A stretch of DNA of 32,000 nucleotides from Pyrobaculum calidifontis JCM 11548 (GTDB taxonomy: Archaea; Thermoproteota; Thermoprotei; Thermoproteales; Thermoproteaceae). A program made the position numbers and the translations under genes. This document shows positions 1 to 8,101 of this stretch, in pieces (positions within the stretch are counted from its first letter, which is position 1; the number at the start of each line of letters is the position of its first letter). The notes beneath the pieces were generated by a model. That model was not told the DNA's origin. It searched no databases and worked only from the letters and a program-made list of their open reading frames with translations. Location: the NCBI RefSeq assembly GCF_000015805.1, contig NC_009073.1, positions 1,080,001 through 1,112,000 of the forward strand, read 5' to 3'.

Positions 1-164
1 GAGAGGAGATCAAGGAGGGGTTCGTGGAGAGAGTGGGATATGTGCACTTGGTGCAGGGGGTGGCCATTTTGTTTAAATACCACGCCGTGGGGGAGGTTAG
101 GCTTGAGGAAGTGGTGGTCTACACCGTGGGCGCGGCCTATAGAGATTTTAAGCTTAACCTTTAA
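1..164 (+). CDS. C-terminal end of an unidentified protein gene that starts left of the window
   Basis: Frame 3 is open from the window edge to TAA 162-164. It reads EEIKEGFVERVGYVHLVQGVAILFKYHAVGEVRLEEVVVYTVGAAYRDFKLNL*, which has ordinary globular composition. It looks more protein-like than the W/R/C-rich first 43 codons of track ORF 40..510, with which it competes. Family not recognised. Confidence 0.4.
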   Translation, partial: EEIKEGFVERVGYVHLVQGVAILFKYHAVGEVRLEEVVVYTVGAAYRDFKLNL

Positions 165-168
165 ATAC

Positions 169-510
169 ATGGACCGAGAAGGCGGCATGGCCATTACCAT
201 CGACGACTTTAAGCGCGTCGAGCTCCGCGTGGGGAAAGTAGTGGAGGCCTCGCGGGTGGAGGGGTCAAAAAAGCTGTTAAAGCTGGTGGTAGACATCGGC
301 ACTGAGAAGAGGCAGATAGTGGCCGGCCTCGCGGAGTACTACAAGCCTGAGGAGATGGTGGGGAAGTACGTGGTAGTTGTGGCAAATCTCCAGCCCCGGA
401 AGATCATGGGCATCGAGAGCCAGGGCATGTTGCTGGCCACCTGCGACAAGCCAGTCCTCTTGACCATTGAGAGAGGCGGTGACGAGCACGTGGGGGAGCA
501 TGTATGTTAA
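169..510 (+). CDS. stand-alone tRNA-binding OB-fold protein (Trbp111/CsaA-like, related to the C-terminal appended domain of many MetRS)
   Basis: This is the conserved part of track ORF 40..510. MAITIDDFKRVELRVGKVVEASRVEGSKKLLKLVVDIGTEKRQIVAGLAEYYKPEEMVGKYVVVVANLQPRKIMGIESQGMLLA fits the tRNA-binding domain pattern (DLRVGKV, KLL.L.VD.G, R.IV.G, PEE.VGK.V.VV.NL.P.K..G..S.GM.L). The start is ambiguous between ATG 169 and ATG 187. TTTAAATA at 160-167 lies about 25 nt before ATG 187, which would favour a leaderless 187 start. Confidence 0.8.
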   Translation: MDREGGMAITIDDFKRVELRVGKVVEASRVEGSKKLLKLVVDIGTEKRQIVAGLAEYYKPEEMVGKYVVVVANLQPRKIMGIESQGMLLATCDKPVLLTIERGGDEHVGEHVC

Positions 511-1204
511 AATCCCCACGCACATCGCAGTAATACCCGACGGCAATAGGAGATACGCCAAGAAGGTCGGACTAGACTTCTACCACGCCTACAAGAGGGG
601 CGTGGAGAAGGTGAGGTCGTTCCTGCTTTGGGCCCTTGAGTATCGGGAGATTAAGAACGTCACCTTCTTCGCCCTATCCACTGAGAACCTCCAGAGAAGC
701 CGCCTAGAGCTCGAGATCCTCTTTAGAATATTCGAGGAGGAGCTTCGGAAGACTCTGGAGGACCCCCTCATCCATGAGAACAGAGTAAGAGTCAGATTCA
801 TTGGAGACATGTCGCTTTTGCCCAGTAGAGTTGTAAAGTGGGCCGAGGAGCTGGAGGCTGCCACAAAGAACTACGGCAACTACCACTTGACCCTCGCCCT
901 GGGCTACGGGGGCCGCGCCGAGATTGTGAGATGTGTGAAAAGGCTTTTATCTGGCGAAGTGAAGCTGGCCGAGGTAACTGAGGAGTCTCTCTTCCAGTGT
1001 TTAGACACGAGGGATTTGCCCAACCCAGAGCCCGACGTGGTGGTGAGGACAGGCGGGGAGAAGAGGCTCAGCAACTTCCTCCTCTACCAGACGGCGTACT
1101 CGGAGCTGGTGTTTTTAGACAAGCTCTGGCCCGAGGTAGAGAGGGAGGACTTGGCCTACATTGTGGAGGAGTACTCGAGGAGGCAGAGGCGGTTCGGCAG
1201 GTGA
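500..1204 (+). CDS. uppS: cis-prenyltransferase, undecaprenyl/polyprenyl diphosphate synthase (UppS family)
   Basis: Track ORF 467..1204 trimmed to ATG 500 (MYVKIPTHIAVIPDGNRRYAKK). Diagnostic motifs are IPDGNRRYA near the N-terminus and RTGGEKRLSNFLLYQ..YSEL.F....WP near the C-terminus. Overlaps the upstream gene by 11 nt. Confidence 0.9.
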   Translation: MYVKIPTHIAVIPDGNRRYAKKVGLDFYHAYKRGVEKVRSFLLWALEYREIKNVTFFALSTENLQRSRLELEILFRIFEEELRKTLEDPLIHENRVRVRFIGDMSLLPSRVVKWAEELEAATKNYGNYHLTLALGYGGRAEIVRCVKRLLSGEVKLAEVTEESLFQCLDTRDLPNPEPDVVVRTGGEKRLSNFLLYQTAYSELVFLDKLWPEVEREDLAYIVEEYSRRQRRFGR

Positions 1205-1815
1205 TCCACTGCCCGCTCTGGGGGCTGTTCCTCGCGGTGTTTATATCTCACGCGGTGCCCCTGGCCCACCTGCCCGGCTACACTCTTGTGGCCGTATGTG
1301 TTGCGACAAGCCACAATTTGGCCGATTTAGCGGCGGCCGCCTTGGCGGTGGCGCTGGGCGCTGCCCTGGGGAAAGTCGTGGTGTTTTTTACAAGTCGTAA
1401 GATAGGCGAGGCTGTCATGGGCAGAGAGGCGGAGTACGCCAAGAGGTTGTTTGAGAAAATTTCGAAGTGGGGAATAGACTTGGCGGTCGTGGCCTTTGCC
1501 GCATCTCCACTGCCAGATGACGTCTTGTACATACCGCTGGGCATGGCCGGATACGACTTGAGGCGCTTCTTTGTTGCCGTGTTGGCTGGAAAGGCCGTCT
1601 TGGCCGTAATCCTGGTGTTCTTCTTCGGAGAGCTGGGCAGCCTCTTTTTAGACACGCTGGGTGTCGCTGGGGTGGCGCTGACCATTGGGCTGGCGGTCTT
1701 AGGCTCTGTGCTAGTGGCGAGGGTAAGGTGGTCCGCAGTGCTCCAGGCGTACGAGGCCGAGGGGGCCAAGGCGGCTTTAAAGGCTGCGTTTAAGTCGGCG
1801 TTTTCAAGAAAATAA
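1201..1815 (+). CDS. VTT-domain membrane protein (DedA/YqaA/Tvp38 superfamily)
   Basis: This is the distal part of track ORF 997..1815. The only in-frame start after the uppS stop region is GTG 1201, which overlaps the uppS TGA (1202-1204) as GTGA. The protein is multi-pass hydrophobic, with the [30 protein letters not shown] segment typical of VTT/SNARE-associated domains. Confidence 0.7.
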   Translation: MIHCPLWGLFLAVFISHAVPLAHLPGYTLVAVCVATSHNLADLAAAALAVALGAALGKVVVFFTSRKIGEAVMGREAEYAKRLFEKISKWGIDLAVVAFAASPLPDDVLYIPLGMAGYDLRRFFVAVLAGKAVLAVILVFFFGELGSLFLDTLGVAGVALTIGLAVLGSVLVARVRWSAVLQAYEAEGAKAALKAAFKSAFSRK

Positions 1816-1828
1816 TTTAATACCACTG

Positions 1829-3553
1829 TTGCCCACCTCCGTGGCTAAGTACGTCATAGGCTCGGCTTGGCCGTATGTACAAACAGTGCCTCACCTCGGC
1901 AACATGATAGGCTCTGTCCTCTCCGCTGACGTATATGCCAGGTACCTACGGCTGAGGGGGCACGACGTGGTCTTTGTCTCTGGCAGCGACATGCACGGCA
2001 CGCCGATTGAGGTTGAGGCAATTCAACTCGGCGTCGACCCCGCGGAGTATGCCTTCAAAATGCACGGGGTGGTGGCAGAGCTTTTCAAGAGGTGGAACAT
2101 ATCCTTCGACCTCTACACTCACACCCACTCTGAGACCCACGTGGCGTTTGTCCAAGAGTTCTTCAAGCGGATATACGAGAACGGGTACATATTCACCAAA
2201 GACGAGGAGATGCCCTACTGCCCCAGAGACAAGATCTTCCTCCCCGACAGATTCATTATTGGGAAGTGCCCCTACTGCGGCTACGAGAGGGCGAGGGGAG
2301 ACCAGTGCGAGAACTGCGGCCGCCTCCTAGACCCAAAGCAGCTGGTAGAGCCCCGCTGCGCCGTATGCGGCTCTAAGCCTGAGTGGCGCCTCACGAGGCA
2401 CTGGTACCTAGACCTAAGGAGGCTGGAGGACAAGATTAGGAAATACGTGGAGGAGAACCCCCACCTCCCCCAAAACGCCAAGGAGATGTCTCTGGCGATG
2501 CTGAAGGAGGGTCTCAAGCCAAGGGCAGTCACTAGGGACAACAAGTGGGGCATCCCCGCGCCGTTCCCGGGGGCGGAGGGCAAGACTATCTACGTCTGGT
2601 TTGAAGCCGTGCTGGGCTACATATCGGCCGTGGTCGAGCACTTCAAGAGGCTGGGGAAGGAGTCCGAGTGGGAGAAGTACTGGCGCGACCCCGACACGAA
2701 GATAATATTCTTCGTGGGCAAGGACAATATCCCATTCCACGTGATTATACTCCCCGCCCTGCTCTTGGCCAACGGCGGCGGGTACACTCTGCCCACCACC
2801 ACGGCCTCCACTGAGTACCTCCTCTACGAGGGCGACAAGTTTTCGAAAAGCAGGAGGTGGGGCATATGGATAGACGAGGCCCTCCACCTACTCCCAGCGG
2901 ACTATTGGAGGTTCATCTTAGTCTACATAAGGCCGGAGAATAGAGACACGAGTTTCACCTGGGCCCAGGCCCTTGAAATTGTAAACAAGGTCTTAAACGA
3001 CGACGTGGGGAACTACGTCAATAGAGTCTTGTCGTTTATAAAGAGCAGGATGGGCGGCGTCGTTCCTCCGCCGGGCACGCCGCAGGAGGAGGACAAGAGC
3101 TTTCTCCAAGCGGCGCTCCAGCTGTTTAAGAAGGCCGAGCGGCACTACGAGGCCGTGGAGCTAAAAGACGCACTCCACACCGTCGTCGAAATTGCGAGAG
3201 AGGGCAATAGGTACCTCAACGCGAGGGCGCCGTGGGACTTGCTAAAGACGCGGCCGGAGGAGGCTAACGCGGTGATGTACCACGCCTACTGGTCGCTGAA
3301 GATGCTCGCCGCGGGCTTGGCGCCAGTGATCCCGGAGAGCGTTGAAAAGATGTGGGAGATGATGGGGAGGCCGGCCTCCCTCACGTGGGACGAGGCGCTG
3401 AGGGAGCCGGCGCCAGGGGTCAAGCTGGGGGAGGTAAAGCCCCTGTTCAGAAAAGTGGGGGAGGACGAGGTTAAGAAGATGTTGCAAGCTCTTGAGCAAA
3501 TGAAGAGGGAGAAGGCGTCGAAGAAGTACCCCTGGGAACAAGCTCTCCTATGA
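1829..3553 (+). CDS. metG: methionyl-tRNA synthetase (class I), without C-terminal tRNA-binding domain
   Basis: 574 codons with a TTG start at 1829 (alternative GTG 1841). Contains [16 protein letters not shown] (HIGH-type region), the Cys knuckles CPYCG/CENCG/CAVCG, and KFSKS (the KMSKS equivalent). Ends ...[10 protein letters not shown] with no Trbp111-like domain. Confidence 0.95.
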   Translation: MPTSVAKYVIGSAWPYVQTVPHLGNMIGSVLSADVYARYLRLRGHDVVFVSGSDMHGTPIEVEAIQLGVDPAEYAFKMHGVVAELFKRWNISFDLYTHTHSETHVAFVQEFFKRIYENGYIFTKDEEMPYCPRDKIFLPDRFIIGKCPYCGYERARGDQCENCGRLLDPKQLVEPRCAVCGSKPEWRLTRHWYLDLRRLEDKIRKYVEENPHLPQNAKEMSLAMLKEGLKPRAVTRDNKWGIPAPFPGAEGKTIYVWFEAVLGYISAVVEHFKRLGKESEWEKYWRDPDTKIIFFVGKDNIPFHVIILPALLLANGGGYTLPTTTASTEYLLYEGDKFSKSRRWGIWIDEALHLLPADYWRFILVYIRPENRDTSFTWAQALEIVNKVLNDDVGNYVNRVLSFIKSRMGGVVPPPGTPQEEDKSFLQAALQLFKKAERHYEAVELKDALHTVVEIAREGNRYLNARAPWDLLKTRPEEANAVMYHAYWSLKMLAAGLAPVIPESVEKMWEMMGRPASLTWDEALREPAPGVKLGEVKPLFRKVGEDEVKKMLQALEQMKREKASKKYPWEQALL

Positions 3554-4793
3554 CGTCGCCGTATAGGTAGACGGGCCCAGCCCCGGCCACCACCACTTCG
3601 ACGAACTGGCCCAGGAGCCCGTCGCCGGGCCCCCTCTTCACAACCACCTGCCTATAGTCGCCGGCCCTCCCCACCACTAAGCCGTGGTCCACCTCGGTTA
3701 TTAACACCACGTCGCGAGAGCCCACCCTCGCGCCGTTTCTGAGGTGGGCCACTCTGAGGGCGACCTCTGAGAGGATTTTGCTACGCCGCTTCTTCTCCGC
3801 GTCCGGCACTTGGCGCGGCATAACAGCAGCCTCTGTGAAAGGCCTAGGGCTAAACCGAGCCACGTGGACTTTGTCAAACTGCAACTCCTCCACCAGCTTC
3901 ACCGTGGCCAAGAAGTCCTCCCACTCCTCGCCCGGGAATCCCACAATTATGTCTGTGGCTATGAAGACCGGCTCGCCCAAGACGCGCCTAATCTTGCGTA
4001 TAAGCTCCTTGTACTCGTCCACCGTGTAGCGCCTCCCCATGGCCTTGAGCACTCTGTCGCTGCCAGACTGGACGGGGAGGTGGAAGTACCGATACACCCG
4101 CCGGTCGCGCTTCACGATGTCCAATATCTGGTCTGCAAACCGCTCAAAGACCCACGGCTCAGACATGCCAATGCGCACTCTGTACTCCCCGTCCACCTCT
4201 CTCAACAGCCGCTCCAAGAGGTCGGGCAGAGTCCACCCACTCCTCCACCTTGCGTCAAAGCCGTACGTAATTACGTCTTGCCCCGTGAGGTAGATCTCCC
4301 TGGCGCCCCCCTCCACGGCCTTTTTCACGTGGCGTATCACCTCGTCGGGGTCTGCGCTTTTGACATACCCAGCGCCGCCCCTCGTGTACTTAGTGGCGCA
4401 GAAGGTGCAGTTCCCCAGACAGCCCACTTGAAGGGGGACAACGTAGACGAGGCCGCCCTCAAACCGTGGGAGGACTCTCATCTCCCTCTCCCTCCCGCCC
4501 TCCACCTGCGAGGGGTAGATCAACTCGGCGTGTGGCGCAAGGCTCTTCACAGTGTGAGGCCTCAAGCGGGCGAGGCACCCAGCCACAATCATCTCTCTCC
4601 CAAGGCCCGCCAACTCCCTTATCCTGGCCAACTGTCTAACTTCGCCGTCCTCTCTCACGGCGCATGTGTAGACAAGTATAACGTCGGCGTCCTCCGGCCT
4701 TGCCACAGGGACGAGGCCGAGTCTCTGCCTAATTACCTCTGCGTCAGCCTTCGCAAGCCAGCAGCCAAAGGCCTCGACGTACGCCTTAGCCAC
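3471..4793 (-). CDS. radical-SAM methylthiotransferase, MiaB/MtaB/CDKAL1 family (probable tRNA ms2t6A37 enzyme)
   Basis: 440 codons with a GTG start at 4793. Has an N-terminal UPF0004-type domain ([16 protein letters not shown] ... VYTCAV), the radical-SAM cluster motif CLGNCTFC (CxxxCxxC) and a C-terminal TRAM-like domain. The last 27 codons (S/T/P-rich) lie antisense to the metG 3' end. Confidence 0.9.
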   Translation of the reverse strand: MAKAYVEAFGCWLAKADAEVIRQRLGLVPVARPEDADVILVYTCAVREDGEVRQLARIRELAGLGREMIVAGCLARLRPHTVKSLAPHAELIYPSQVEGGREREMRVLPRFEGGLVYVVPLQVGCLGNCTFCATKYTRGGAGYVKSADPDEVIRHVKKAVEGGAREIYLTGQDVITYGFDARWRSGWTLPDLLERLLREVDGEYRVRIGMSEPWVFERFADQILDIVKRDRRVYRYFHLPVQSGSDRVLKAMGRRYTVDEYKELIRKIRRVLGEPVFIATDIIVGFPGEEWEDFLATVKLVEELQFDKVHVARFSPRPFTEAAVMPRQVPDAEKKRRSKILSEVALRVAHLRNGARVGSRDVVLITEVDHGLVVGRAGDYRQVVVKRGPGDGLLGQFVEVVVAGAGPVYLYGDVIGELVPRGTSSTPSPSSFAQELATSS

Positions 4794-4815
4794 AGTTGCA
4801 CTGCGACTTGTTGAT

Positions 4816-5115
4816 TTAAGTCTGATGCTCCGGGCACAGCCTCTTCTTCGCCAGGGAGTAGCGGACTTGCCCCCCCTCGAAGTCTCTCACCTCGTCCAAC
4901 TCCACGAGGCACCCACACCCTGGGCTTATGTACAACCGCCTCACCACCTTCGCCGGGTCTTCTGCCACTTTCTTCACCTTAACCTCTCCGCTGTCCATGG
5001 AATACACGGCGACCTCCCCCCTCTTGACCAGCCGGCCCCACTTCTCCAGCAGAGTAACCACCTCCTCTGGCAACTCGCCTTCAAACACGTACGCTCTACT
5101 ACGTACAACTTTCAT
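4816..5115 (-). CDS. small conserved-looking hypothetical protein with C-terminal Cys motif
   Basis: Track ORF 4816..5151 trimmed to ATG 5115 (MKVVRSRAYVFEGELPEE...). TTTTTATTAA (minus strand, 5133-5142) lies about 25 nt upstream. The C-terminal part has PGCGC ... CPEH. No family recognised. Confidence 0.6.
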   Translation of the reverse strand: MKVVRSRAYVFEGELPEEVVTLLEKWGRLVKRGEVAVYSMDSGEVKVKKVAEDPAKVVRRLYISPGCGCLVELDEVRDFEGGQVRYSLAKKRLCPEHQT

Positions 5116-5120
5116 CAACG

Positions 5121-5142
5121 TTATATACGCGGTTAATAAAAA
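5121..5142. promoter_or_regulatory. two interleaved TATA-like boxes in a 34-nt divergent intergenic region
   Basis: TTATATAC (5121-5128) is about 26 nt upstream of ATG 5150 on the plus strand. TTAATAAAAA (5133-5142, TTTTTATTAA on the minus strand) is about 26 nt upstream of ATG 5115 on the minus strand. Each box lies closer to the start codon of the opposite gene. Confidence 0.55.
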
Positions 5143-5149
5143 CGTTGTC

Positions 5150-6052
5150 ATGGAAATAAGGGGGGTTCTGGGGAGAGTAGAGGTGGGGGACGGGCTCCCC
5201 GTGAGGATAATGGCCGTGTTAAACCTGTCCCCCGAGTCGTTTTACAAGGGGTCAGTGGCTGTGGAAAACGCCGTGGAGAGGGCGCTGGGGCTCGAGAAGT
5301 ATGCCGACATTATAGACGTAGGCGCCATGTCCACAGCCCCCTACCTAGAGACCTGGATACCGCCGGAGAAGGAGCTGGAGAGGCTAAAGGCAGTGCTCCC
5401 CGACATTGTAAAATCTGTAAAAGCCACAGTGAGCGTGGACACCTACAGGCCAGAGGTGGCGCGCTACGCGCTTAAGGTCGGCGCAGAGGTGATAAACGAC
5501 GTCACAGGCGGCAAGCTGTACCCGGACATGTGCCGCGTCGTCGCCGAGCACGACGCCTCAGTGGTGTTGTTGGCCAGGGAGAGGGAGGCGAGGAGGGGCG
5601 TGGCCCCCATCCAGAGGGTTTTAGACGCACTTAGAGAGTCGGTGGAGCACTTCCAGCGCTGTGGAGTAGACCCCAGGAAGATAGCGGTGGACCCCGGCGT
5701 GGGCTTCCCCCTACTGCCCCCGAGAGACGAGCCCTACGTGGTAAAAGGCGAGTATAGGCACGGGGACGAGAAGTGGCCCTGGTGGAAGTGGGACCTCCAC
5801 ATACTCGCCAACTTGAGAGAGCTGAGGAGGCTCGGCAAGCCCATCCTAATAGGCGTGTCGCGTAAGTCTTTCCTAAGGCGAATCGTCGGCGCGGAGAGCC
5901 CCGACGAAGTGCTCCCAGCCTCGCTGGCTGCAGAGGCCGTCGCAGTGCTACACGGGGCACACGTGGTGAGGACACACAACCCGAAGGAGACTAGGCAGGC
6001 TGCCGCTTTCGCAAAGGCGCTAGTAGACCTTTTCCAAAAACTTGACCACTAG
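5150..6052 (+). CDS. folP: dihydropteroate synthase-like pterin-binding protein
   Basis: Track ORF 4928..6052 trimmed to ATG 5150 (MEIRGVLGRVEVGDGLPVRIMAVLNLSPESFYKG). Pterin-binding barrel signatures are present: IIDVGAMST, SVDTYRPEVA, INDVTGG, DPGVGF, GVSRKSF and RTHN. Confidence 0.85.
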   Translation: MEIRGVLGRVEVGDGLPVRIMAVLNLSPESFYKGSVAVENAVERALGLEKYADIIDVGAMSTAPYLETWIPPEKELERLKAVLPDIVKSVKATVSVDTYRPEVARYALKVGAEVINDVTGGKLYPDMCRVVAEHDASVVLLAREREARRGVAPIQRVLDALRESVEHFQRCGVDPRKIAVDPGVGFPLLPPRDEPYVVKGEYRHGDEKWPWWKWDLHILANLRELRRLGKPILIGVSRKSFLRRIVGAESPDEVLPASLAAEAVAVLHGAHVVRTHNPKETRQAAAFAKALVDLFQKLDH

Positions 6053-6607
6053 TGAGACAAACTCCTCCGGCTTGTCTAAATAAGCGGCGTGGCCCGCCCC
6101 CTTAATCACCGCCTTCTCCACCCGCCTCCCCCTCAACAGCTCTGCGTTGGACGGAGGCGAAATTTCGTCCCGCTCCCCCCATATGGCCAATATGGGCGTG
6201 TCCACCTCGGCGAGCTTCTCCAAGAGCTCCCCCCTAAGCCCCACGGGCCCCACCACCACCGCGGCCCTAGTGGGCAGGCCCATGGCCACGTACCACAGCA
6301 CCACTTCCCCCGACGCGCTGGGCCCCACAAGCGGCGGATCCACAAGTCCTAACGCATCTAAGACCCGCCTCAGAAACTTGGCGTACTCCGGCCTAGGCGC
6401 CTGAAACCGCTCGCTCTTGGTCTTAACGCCGTAGGGCATATCCACGGCGTAGACCTCGTAGGAGGCGGCCAGCCTCGCAAAAATGCCGCTGTTGACCCAG
6501 TCGTCTGCGTTAAAAGACCACCCATGGAGAAGCACAAGGGGTTTCCCAGAGCCCCCCTGCACCACGCGCACCTGTCTCCCCTCAACCGTTATATACCGCT
6601 CATTCAT
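6020..6607 (-). CDS. alpha/beta-fold hydrolase
   Basis: 195 codons. Has the LLHGW oxyanion-hole motif, the nucleophile elbow GPSASG (small-x-Ser-x-small-small) and a C-terminal GAGHAAYLDKPEEF with the catalytic His. Converges on and overlaps folP by 33 nt. Confidence 0.8.
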   Translation of the reverse strand: MNERYITVEGRQVRVVQGGSGKPLVLLHGWSFNADDWVNSGIFARLAASYEVYAVDMPYGVKTKSERFQAPRPEYAKFLRRVLDALGLVDPPLVGPSASGEVVLWYVAMGLPTRAAVVVGPVGLRGELLEKLAEVDTPILAIWGERDEISPPSNAELLRGRRVEKAVIKGAGHAAYLDKPEEFVSLVVKFLEKVY

Positions 6608-7076
6608 GCGCCGCCCGGGCCTTCATCAGCGAGAAGTTCTCGCTCTCCCGAATCACAGAGACGCCAGTGCGCGAGGGGAACATCTCCACCCACACCACCT
6701 TGTCCGGGCTGGTGAGGTTGACCTTCCTATTCACCGCCTTAGCCACATACTCAATTACGGCCATTCGGTCGAACTTTACCCCCCGCTTCTTCAACTCAAT
6801 TTTAAAAGTCTCGCCGGGCGCTATAAACCGCTCCGCCAGCTCCCCCACCACCTTCTGTATCTCATCCAAGTCGGTCTTCACCACGGCCATGATAGGCGTC
6901 GCCCGGAGGATATACCTAGGGACGTAGTACCCCGCCTGAACCACGTCGATTAACAGCTTCACAAACTCCACGGAGTCCCCGTCCACCCTCGCCGTCAGCA
7001 GACCGTCAAACCCAGTAAACCACACCTCCTCTACCCTCCTCCCAACTACGTCCCCCACCCTGTACAGCTCCTCCAT
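6600..7076 (-). CDS. stand-alone THUMP-domain protein (putative RNA-binding)
   Basis: Track ORF 6600..7280 trimmed to ATG 7076 (MEELYRVGDVV...). The pattern ...ETFKIELKKRGVKFDRMAVIEYVAKAV...VNLTSPDKVVWVEMFPSRTGVSVI resembles the THUMP fold. Overlaps the downstream hydrolase start by 8 nt. The start is less certain because I saw no good TATA upstream. Confidence 0.6.
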   Translation of the reverse strand: MEELYRVGDVVGRRVEEVWFTGFDGLLTARVDGDSVEFVKLLIDVVQAGYYVPRYILRATPIMAVVKTDLDEIQKVVGELAERFIAPGETFKIELKKRGVKFDRMAVIEYVAKAVNRKVNLTSPDKVVWVEMFPSRTGVSVIRESENFSLMKARAAHE

Positions 7077-7179
7077 GCAGAGTCTCTCCTGCCGCCACCC
7101 AGTGGCTACAACTAAGTTCCAACTCACGGCAAACCACACGGGCGATGTAATAAACTTTTTTATACGGCAAGTAAGTGAC

Positions 7180-7944
7180 ATGGACTTTGTAACAGCCGCC
7201 CTAGCCGCAGTGGCCATAGCCGTGGCGCTACTGGGAGTGGTGGTGTACAGGCTAATAAAGTCCCTAGAGGTGTACCTCATACCCCTCTACGCCGAAGTCA
7301 TAAGAAAGAGGGAGAGAGACTACGTGTTAGTAGAATTCCTCACCTCCCTCCTAGTATCCAAAGGGCTTATAACGGAGGTGGAGGCTGCGGCCCTGAAAAA
7401 TGTGTCAATCCCAGGCCCCCTAACCGCCGAGGACTTAGACAGAGTAGACGAACTATTGGACAAAGACCCACGTCAGCTCACCTACGAAGACTTGATAGAC
7501 CTCAAAAAAGTGGCCTACAAGCTACTAGGCCGGCTAGACAAGAGGTCGGTGAGACTAGGCCTAAGACTCCTCCGATACGCCTCCCGTGTCGAAGAAGCCA
7601 TAACCTCAACCCTCAAAGCCGCCATCTTCCAAAACGCAGACAAGGTAGAAGTCTCATACGACGAGACCACATGCACAGTACACATGGCCAGCTACAGGAA
7701 AGGCGGCGAAGTAGACAGATCCGAAGGCCCAGACCCAGACTGTGTGGCAGAGACCGTCAAAACGCTGAAGGCCCTCGCCAGGAGAGAAGAGCCTCCAGAC
7801 AGCGAAAAAGCCAAAGCAGCGCTAGGCAGATACGAGAAGTGTAAACAAAGCCAAGCCGCCGGCTGCAAAGCCATCAACGAAAACCTCTCCACCCTAGAAA
7901 AGAAGTCCCTCGACATCCTCCTAAGCCAAAAAAAGACAGGCTGA
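7180..7944 (+). CDS. hypothetical protein with N-terminal membrane anchor
   Basis: Track ORF 7075..7944 trimmed to ATG 7180 (MDFVTAALAAVAIAVALLGVVVYRL, a single TM helix). TTTTTTATAC lies about 20-25 nt upstream. The rest is helical and charged, with four Cys in the C-terminal third. No family recognised. Confidence 0.6.
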   Translation: MDFVTAALAAVAIAVALLGVVVYRLIKSLEVYLIPLYAEVIRKRERDYVLVEFLTSLLVSKGLITEVEAAALKNVSIPGPLTAEDLDRVDELLDKDPRQLTYEDLIDLKKVAYKLLGRLDKRSVRLGLRLLRYASRVEEAITSTLKAAIFQNADKVEVSYDETTCTVHMASYRKGGEVDRSEGPDPDCVAETVKTLKALARREEPPDSEKAKAALGRYEKCKQSQAAGCKAINENLSTLEKKSLDILLSQKKTG

Positions 7945-8090
7945 CCTCGGTTGGCGCTACTAGAAGCACAAACAAGCATAGGCATCTGCCACATTAGTTA
8001 TTCTCTTCTCCATGTAAATTTCCTGTTATACAATTTTAGGACCACAATTTTCAAAGACTAAAATTCTTACAACTGTAAAATGGAGATTGA

Positions 8091-8101
8091 TAATAAAAAT
8101 A
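8091..8101 (-). terminator. T-tract immediately downstream of tRNA-Asn
   Basis: The minus strand reads TATTTTTATTA starting directly after the encoded CCA end. The T5 run is at 8095-8099. Oligo-T tracts are the established archaeal termination signal. Confidence 0.5.

Noticed and set aside
1278-1826. 182-aa minus-strand ORF opposite the VTT-domain gene, and the 997..1200 upstream part of track ORF 997..1815
   Set aside because: The antisense ORF is S/T/A/K-rich low complexity. The 997..1200 part lies in an alternative frame of uppS, whose own frame carries the diagnostic RTGGEKRLSNFLLYQ motif.
3810-4814. 334-aa plus-strand ORF (plus 3778..4029 and 4039..4293) opposite the methylthiotransferase gene
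   Set aside because: It lies entirely antisense to a CDS with clear radical-SAM, UPF0004 and TRAM motifs. Its translation is H/P/R/L-rich with no motifs. This is a typical shadow ORF of GC-rich DNA.
4928-5149. N-terminal extensions of track ORFs that cross a divergent gene (4928..5149 of folP, 30108..30437 of uppP, 7077..7280 of the THUMP gene, 7075..7179 of the membrane-anchor gene, 23753..23911 of the 336-aa gene)
   Set aside because: In each case the extension overlaps the divergent neighbour and its TATA box, has S/T/P/R-rich composition, and the recognisable domain starts at an internal start codon with a TATA-like box about 25 nt upstream.
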